Below are positions 55,426 through 64,000 of a DNA stretch of 64,000 nt, one piece after another. This DNA is from Octopus sinensis (taxonomy: Eukaryota): assembly GCF_006345805.1 (NCBI RefSeq), contig NC_043015.1:1-64000 (forward strand), written 5' to 3'. Position numbers and translations under genes: made by a program. A model generated the notes under the pieces. The model saw only the letters and a list, made by a program, of their open reading frames with translations. It was not told the origin of the DNA and did no database searches. Position 1 is the stretch's first letter. Each line of letters starts with the position of its first letter.

Positions 55426-55650
55426 GCTGTGAGAGAATAGTTAAGTAATAGTTAATTTAGATATGATGCAAAATAGAAAGCGGGGTGGTGGACAGTAAAA
55501 GAAGATTGCATCTATGTACACGTTACCAAAGTCATACTACAATCTTACTCAGTAGCCTTCTTCCTGAAGTCTTCCGTTATATGATTTTGGTAGGATTTGG
55601 GTACTATTTCTAGCTATTTCTAGGCCGACTATGAAAACATTACTTCATTG

Positions 55651-55685
<35 letters not shown>

Positions 55686-56289
55686 TAGTAGTAGTAGAGC
55701 AGAAGGTACTGGAAAAGAAGGGGAGTAACTGAAGGAGGAGGAATATTGATATAAAGTTGAATAGGGTAATATTGCACGTATTATTATTATGTGAAATAAG
55801 AACTTATCCAATGGTATCTTAATATTTCAGCCGGGGAAAACCTTAAATTGATTATCGTAAGCAAAATTCTCATCTCAGAAGAGCTAGAATGATCACTAAA
55901 TATGAATGAAGATTGAGAAATGAATAATTAATTGTAATAATTAAATAAATTAAGCGGAATTAAGATAATAATGTCTACAAAAAATACTGATATCTCTTAT
56001 TGCACATATTTAATATTCAACAATGTTAATTGTAATAATAATAAAAATGTTGCTAATCATATTGATGAGGATGCGGATAAAAATTATATATATAGCTGAT
56101 AACAACAACAACATCAACAACGATGATAATCATTATTATTATTAATAATAATAATAATAATCCATTCGTTATTTATTATTCGTCTATAAATTATTATTCA
56201 TTATATATTTTGACATTGGTAGTGGAATTAATTTCAAGGAAAATTATAATGATAATTGTAATGACGATTAAGTTGATGATGAATATTTG

Positions 56290-56700
56290 CAGATGCGAGT
56301 ATTGTGAGGACGGTGACGGCCATGGTGGTGGTGATGAGGATGGTGGTGCAGATGATGAAGCGGGTAATGATATTGGTGGAGGATGATTATGATGATGTTG
56401 ATGATCATGATAAGGACTGCAATGCTGCTGCTGCTGCTTCCGATGTTGGTAATAATGATGATGATGATGATTATGATGATGTTGATGATGATGATAACGT
56501 TGGTGATGTGGTGATGGTGGTAGTGGTGGTGGTGGTGGCTGTGGTGGCGGTGGTGGCAATGGTGGCGGTGGTAGTGGTGGACCTGCTGCTGTTGATGATG
56601 GTGGTGGTGGTGGTGATGGTGGTGATAGTCGTGGTGACTGTGGTGCTCTTCCTGTTGCTGCTGCTGCAGCTGATGATGATGATTACGATGATGATGATGC
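56290..56700. repeat. Compound (GAT)n/(GGT)n/(GCT)n trinucleotide repeat
   Basis: Direct reading; source of the poly-H/P/V ORFs. Confidence 0.9.
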
Positions 56701-56921
56701 CTCAAGCCTGAGAAAATTTAGTTTCAGAATCGCTACATGGAAACAGAATTATCTGCTCAAAATTGGAATTTCACGTAATTAAAACTAACTTTATGTATAT
56801 TCATAATTAACAGTAACGTGCACTCACATTCATACACAAACATACATACGTACGCACACTTACACACAGCACGCACACCCTCACACACGCGTACGCACGT
56901 ATACGCACACGCTCCCAGTCA

Positions 56922-57209
56922 TACAGTGGAATATCGGTTTACGAACACCTCTTACCGAGAGCGAATCGGTTTACGAACGTTTTGAACATTGTTGGCATAA
57001 CGAATGGTTTCTCAGAAGAGCGAACTCGCAAGCCGGCAGTTATAGTTGGCAACAAGCTCAAAATATCAGTGCGAGATTGTCACTTTCTGTCCAGCTTTCG
57101 TTCCGATCACATAATTTTCGTACGAAAAAATTATTTCGGCTTACGAACATTTCGCATGACGAACGCTCTTCTGAAACGAATTAAATTCGTAAAAAGAGAT
57201 TTTATTGTG
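56922..57209. mobile_element. Tigger/pogo-like MITE
   Basis: tacagtggaatatcggtttacgaa ... ttcgtaaaaagagattttattg; internal repeats of tacgaac. Confidence 0.7.
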
Positions 57210-57212
57210 TAT

Positions 57213-57579
57213 CTTGAAGCACTCCGTCGGTTACGACGATGAGGGTTCTGGTTGATCCGAATCAATGGAACAGCCTGCTCGTGAAATTAACGTGTAAGTG
57301 GCTGAGCACTCCACAGACACGTGTACCTTTAACGTAGTTCTCGGAGAGTGTCAAGGCCGGCCCCTTGAAATACAGGTACAACAGAAACAGGAAGTAAGAG
57401 TGAGAGAAATTTGTGGTGAAAGAGTACAGCAGGGATCACCACCATCCCCTGCCGGAGCCTCGTGGAGCTTTAGGTGTTTTCGTTCAATAAACACTCACAA
57501 CGCCCGGTCTGGGAATCGAAACCGCGATCCTATGACCGCGAGTCCGCTGCCCTAACCACTGGGCCATTGCGCCTCCACC
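57213..57579 (-). mobile_element. Family B1 SINE, T1 tail
   Basis: Reverse complement of the 21924-type element; TSD tttattgtgtat at 57201-57212 and 57580-57591. Confidence 0.92.
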
Positions 57580-57797
57580 TTTATTGTGTATAGATCCATA
57601 TATATAAACTCTTTTACTTATTTCAGCTGTTTCTATGGGAACATGCTGTGGTGTTGCCTTGGAAATTACCTGTCTGCAGTATATGTACATATAAATATAC
57701 ATACATTTATATATATATACACACGCATTCCATATACACACCCACTCGCTCATACACAGACATGCAACTATACATGTATGTGTATGTATATCTTATA

Positions 57798-57995
57798 TAC
57801 GAGGGGGCGCTAAAAATTTCCAGACTTTGGATAAAAGAAAATACTGGAAGATCAAATAATTATGATTTTATTCCACACTTATTGCAGTGGTCTTTCACTT
57901 TTTCTGAGGCCTGTAAAATTATTCGGAAGATTGGGCATTCAACCAGGCCTTTCACGATACTCCTAAGTCTAGGGACATTTCAGCATCCAATCATA
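57798..57995. mobile_element. Mariner-derived MITE (~200 bp)
   Basis: tacgagggggcgctaaaaatttccagactt and (reverse complement) tatgattggatgctgaaatgtccctagactt; TA ends. Confidence 0.65.
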
Positions 57996-58077
57996 TATAT
58001 ATGCGTGTGTGCATGTCTGTGTATGTATGCATGTATGTATGTATGTATGTATGTATGTATGTATGTATGTATGTATG

Positions 58078-58582
58078 TACCGTAAATCCTCGAGTATAGT
58101 CCGACCTTGAGTAAAATACGAAGGTTTTTTTTAGGGAGATGTACCTCTGAAAAGCCTAAACCTTGTCTATAATACGCACTCCTTATTTAACTTGAGTCGT
58201 GCATAATTAAGCCAGCAGCACCAAGTCGAACAAAGTAATACAATAATGGTGATGTTTTTAATTGTTATATGTGAATGTAAATATGTCTGCAAATTGTTTT
58301 TGTTACATGTTACTCTGTGTTCTGAATATTTTTATTTTAATAAATGTTGCTTACTGCAAGTTATGGATGATTCTTTTATGACTTCATTGCTTTCTGGTTT
58401 AGCTTAAGGTATTTTCGCGCCCGACATCACAAAATGCGTCTGAATAAACATTGCAGGACAGCAAATAGAGACTCGGTCATTGCCTAGAAAATATTTTTCA
58501 CTTTTCACTACAGTATGCACTAGGGATTTTGATCTTAAAATTTTGGGGAAAAAATGCGCATTATACTCGATAATTTACGGTA
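58078..58582. mobile_element. Tc2/pogo-like MITE, copy 2
   Basis: taccgtaaatcctcgagtata ... tatactcgataatttacggta; collinear with 26851-27358. Confidence 0.9.
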
Positions 58583-59037
58583 TATATATATATGTATGTA
58601 TTTTCATTTAACATTCAACTTTCACAATCGTTTGTAAAACTGTCGTTTTACAATCACAATGGTTTCGGCGCCTTAGGATAATATTGTACAGGTGTAGAAA
58701 TTTCTAGTATGCTGGAGTTGTTTTAGCTTATATCCTATCAAAAATTTTCTCTCTGCTATTCATACATTCACCTCCATGTCACAAATGTCTTCCAAATTAT
58801 CATGAAGAGAGTACGACATATTTTCTACTCTCCGTGCTAACTGACTAACTTCTTGCACATCTCAATGGCAATTACATTCTCATGATAAGGAGGAATAGAG
58901 AAAATGTTAGTACGAAGCATTATAATAATGAGAACTGTCTGTCAGTGGTTATGAATTCCTTAGTGGTAAGGTGTATGAATACTGAACACAGATACCACTT
59001 TCAGTATTACCTTATTTCCTGTAACTGGGATACAAAC

Positions 59038-59048
59038 TAATAATAATG

Positions 59049-59079
<31 letters not shown>

Positions 59080-59123
59080 TGATGATGATAATAATAATAA
59101 TAACAACAACAATAATAATAATG

Positions 59124-59181
<58 letters not shown>
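59038..59181. repeat. (AAT)n microsatellite
   Basis: Direct reading. Confidence 0.95.
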
Positions 59182-59183
<2 letters not shown>

Positions 59184-59897
59184 CCTATCGCGTTGTGTGA
59201 CAGGTTGTGGATGTCTTAAACGAAATGTCTTAAACGTAGCCTGGCAAACTGGCGGAATTTTCTACTTCAATTCGCATACTGAACTAATCTCCAAAAATAT
59301 TGGCAAGGGAATAATAACACTTGGTTCCCATTCCTTTTCGGGATTATTCTACGTGCTAATTCCATGCTGGGATCTACGGTATACTTCATGAAAAAAATTA
59401 TAACTTTTACATTGCAAGAGGTTCTGAAAAGTAATGGTGTAATTTTATGATTCCAACCCAGCATAGATTGCAACAGGTTCTCGGGATTGGATCAGTTCTG
59501 CATTGCGGTTCCTTCCAAGGAAGCACAGAGCACTAGACAGAAAACACTGCGAGAAGTAAGATCAGTGTCTGTAAAACTTATAACAATATATACACGCAAA
59601 CACACGCATAGATATATATGCATACATATGTGTGTGAGTCTGTGCGGCTTTATAAGATTGTAGGAACAAACAAGGAATTAACTATGTATAAAAGAAGTAA
59701 ATAAACAGATTAAGAATAATAGGACTATCAGTAATAACACGTTATGAGATATTTTCTGCTAAATTCCGGCAGATATCTATGATATTCCATAGATAATTGT
59801 CAAACCTATCACTTCCAAGTGAAACAGTATATTGGCGTTTCTCTGATATTGTCAAAAGAGGCAGAATGTATATAACAATCTACACATACGCACACGT

Positions 59898-59988
<91 letters not shown>

Positions 59989-60269
59989 ATATATGCATGT
60001 ATACATACACGCATACATACGTTCATTCTTACATTCATGTAAACATGCATGAAAGCAGAACTACATCCTTATAGAAAACCATTACACTATATAAATATGT
60101 TATATGTATATATACATATATGTGTGTGTGCGTGAGTGTGTGAATGTATATACACACACATACGCACATCCATCCATTCATACATCCATCTATCCATCCA
60201 TATATATATATATATATATATAATATATATATATATACATATGTACATATATATGCATATATATACATA

Positions 60270-60324
<55 letters not shown>

Positions 60325-61131
60325 ACAAGCCCACATATGTACAGTTTTTAAAAGATAATCTGTGTAGAGGTGTTTGCTTAGATATGTGCTTGAATACGTA
60401 TGGATGTATGTGTTTGTTTGTGTGTGTGTATGTGTGTGTGTTTAATATATTTTTGTGAGGGAGTGTGAGTATGTGTGTAATATGCTGCTGAAGGAGATAA
60501 GAAATGAAAAAGAAACACCATATCAAAGAAACTACAATTGATGCAGAATGCAATAAAAAAAATACACGGAATAAAATAACCATTACGAATGTGCTTGCAT
60601 GTGTGTGTATGTGAGCATATGTGTGAGTGTATGTGAATAGAGGTATGAATCTGTGTATGCGTAAGTGTGCTTGTGTATGTAAGTGTGTTTGCATATGTTA
60701 TCGTATCGTAGTGTATATGTGAAATCAGAAAACAAAAAACGGATTGACAGAATCAAACCACATTTGTACTATTTTATTATTTCATTTACGATTATTATCT
60801 GAGAATGATGGACAACGTTATCAGGGCACTCCCTTAGACACTTCCAATACACATACATACATACATACATATATACATAGATATACACACAACATATATC
60901 TGTATATAAATACATAAATATAAGTATATGTATATATATATACATATTCATGTACAGACACACACATACGCACGCATATATATATATATATATATATAAT
61001 CGCATATACGTATGTACTGTACAAACGCGTTTATATGTGTTACATATATAAACGTAGACAGAAAGATATATGAATATATGATTTTTTTTAGCTATCTATA
61101 TCTCTCTATCTATTTATCTAAATATATATAT

Positions 61132-61162
<31 letters not shown>

Positions 61163-61191
61163 GTATATATATGTATATATATATATAATAT

Positions 61192-61243
<52 letters not shown>

Positions 61244-61567
61244 TGTATAAAATGTGTGTAGATGTATTTTTCATGCATGTTTTGTTAAAAAATATTACTA
61301 TAGTAAGTGAAAAAAAATGATCATTTTACTTCAAACGTTGCGGTGCTTATCAGATGAGAAGCAAACGTTAAGCGATACTCTATGTTCTAAGTGATATACT
61401 ATCTTAAATCCGACGCACTGTGTTATATATGTAAGGCACAATATCCTTATATACACAATACTATATATTTACTTTTAATTTTCATATGTTTATTGTCAAA
61501 ATTATTTACATTGCTTTATGACTATAGAAATATATATGTATATATATATATATGTGTGTGTGTGTGC

Positions 61568-61599
<32 letters not shown>

Positions 61600-61816
61600 C
61601 ATATAGGCATATATATATATACATATATGCATATATATACATATACATATATTTATATATATACATATATATACATATATATAAAATACACACACATATA
61701 TATACATACATAAAAATTGTATATGTATGAATATGTTCATATATGGATATCTACCTGTGTAGCAGCGTGCGAATATAAATGTGACTGTATCTTTTATCTC
61801 ATATATATATATATAT

Positions 61817-61856
<40 letters not shown>

Positions 61857-62158
61857 TGTGTGTGTGTGTGTGTTCCTGTGTGTCGGTATGTATATGTGTG
61901 CATATATGTGTGTGCATATATGTGTGTGCATATATGTGTGTGCATATATGTGTGTGTGTGTGCGTGTGTACGTATGTCTAAATTTATATCCTATTCATCT
62001 ATCTAATCTTTATATCTATGTGTGTGTATTTGCATATATATGCATATAGTTATATATGTCCGTACATTCGTCTATATATACATACGCACATACATATATA
62101 TTCACTTAAATGCATACATACAAATATACATGTATATATATATATATGTTATTATGTG

Positions 62159-62225
<67 letters not shown>

Positions 62226-62251
62226 ATATATATTATATATATATATATATA

Positions 62252-62311
<60 letters not shown>

Positions 62312-62809
62312 CTACACGTATAATTTCAAAAGTAACAACAACAAACACAGAAAGCTTTCCAGTACTTTATATCAACAGTTGTTTATAACAATAACAATAT
62401 TGAGTTATACAGCTATGTTTATTACTTGTATATTTTCTTTCTTTTTTTGTTTTGTTTTTGTTTTTGTTTTTGTTTATTGAGAAAAAATATCAAGAAAAAC
62501 AACAGACAATATAGGAATAAAGACACAACAATAGTAAAAAACAACAACAACAAACATGACAATAAGAAAAACAAAATATACCTCTATTCAAGATAATGTT
62601 CAATGTAATAAAAATCTATCAATTGATGTCAATCGATGAAGAAAGAAATTCTGACAAATATTTGAATGGACTCGATTCAGATCGACATTTTTTTAATATT
62701 TTTTTTTCATATATCGGTATGCGTATGCTAATCGGAAGCAGACGGACAAAGATAAGCTTACACATATAAACACATACTTGCTTCGATACACCTAAGCTAA
62801 TATATCTTC

Positions 62810-62810
62810 A

Positions 62811-62896
<86 letters not shown>

Positions 62897-62965
62897 TTTA
62901 TATATACATATATATATATACATATATATATACATACATAAATATATATATATATATATACATAC

Positions 62966-63013
<48 letters not shown>

Positions 63014-63092
63014 ATTCATGTATGTATATATATACATTTATATTATACATAAATGTGTATATGTATATATATGTATATATATACATATATAG

Positions 63093-63127
<35 letters not shown>

Positions 63128-63134
63128 GTATATA

Positions 63135-63218
<84 letters not shown>

Positions 63219-63260
63219 TTTATAAATACATATATATATATATTTATTTATATGCATGTA
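62810..63260. repeat. (TA)n-rich microsatellite
   Basis: Direct reading. Confidence 0.95.
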
Positions 63261-63619
63261 TTTATGCTTGTGTATATGTGGTTATATATATACAGAAGAG
63301 GTATATCTTTGTATCTATATATATATATATCTACCTATCTATATTTTTATAAAGTAACTATATCAATGGATAAATATATTAACACGCACATACACACACG
63401 CATTGAAACACACACGCATAGAAACACACACACATCCACAACGCACGTGCACGCAGAAATATGTATGTATGTTTATATTTTCCCATGTATATCAATATGT
63501 GTGATTGTGTATCATAAGCTTTATAATTACTTTCATACAATGATATTCAGTAACGATATCGCCTTGGTGAAAAGCCGCAGAAACCGTGAATGATCCTTGA
63601 TATAGGGTAAGGAGTAAAG

Positions 63620-63945
63620 ACCCCTTTCAGTCATGAATGTACATGGGATTGCAACTAGAAGCTTACCCTCCGAAGCACAAGTTCGAGCAATGTCGTTTAT
63701 GGGGGACGAACAGTCGCCCATGCATATCCGCCTCTATTCTCGAAGCCACCGATGTCATCCAATGGAAAGGCAAAGGCTGATACAGTTTGGCATCAGTGAC
63801 GTCGTGACATATTTCTACAGCTGAGTGAACAGGAGCAACGTGAAGTAAAGTGTCTTGCTCAAGAACAAAACACAAAGCCCAGTCCGAGAATTGAAATCAC
63901 TAACTCATGATTGTGAGCCCGTCGCTTCAACCACTGAACCTGCCT
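63620..63945 (-). mobile_element. Family B2-headed SINE with a fourth tail (T4)
   Basis: cagctgagtgaacaggagcaacgtgaagtaaagtgtcttgctcaagaac is the reverse complement of the B2 body; the remaining tail differs from T1-T3. Confidence 0.8.
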
Positions 63946-64000
63946 AAAAACCATGAAATTCGTTCAAGGAGTAGGGCACGACATTACGATGGGTAGCAAT

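Noticed and set aside
56194-56711. Poly-His/Pro/Gln ORFs resembling a transcription-factor low-complexity region
   Set aside because: Compound trinucleotide repeat open in several frames on both strands; no convincing splice sites or domain
59182-59520. Possible further LINE 3' fragment after (AAT)n
   Set aside because: No convincing peptide motif could be recovered by eye

Overview
Eukaryotic (animal) non-coding DNA, very AT-rich and saturated with microsatellites ((TA)n, (TG)n, (AAT)n, (TAGA)n, (TACA)n). The tRNA-headed SINE families resemble, from memory and unverified, octopus OK/OR-type SINEs, so the source is probably an octopus/coleoid cephalopod intergenic or large-intron region. I find no intact host protein-coding gene, rRNA, true tRNA or CRISPR array. 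Nearly all ORFs in the track are translations of simple repeats. Recognisable content: more than 25 SINE copies or fragments in three groups (A, B1/B2, C) with swapped heads and tails, TSDs and nested insertions; decayed R4/Dong-type and RTE-type LINE pieces; two internally deleted mariner elements; Tc2-, Tigger-, mariner- and piggyBac-like MITEs; a Helentron-like element; and a Penelope-like RT fragment. Most interesting: two degenerate minimal hammerhead ribozymes in (TA)n-anchored Penelope-type termini, an identical 38-bp module preceding two such termini, combinatorial SINE head/tail shuffling, triplicated SINE 5' ends, an old ~180-bp satellite split by a mariner, and two unique-sequence islands with regulatory or splice-type motifs. 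All family assignments were made by eye, without database searches.
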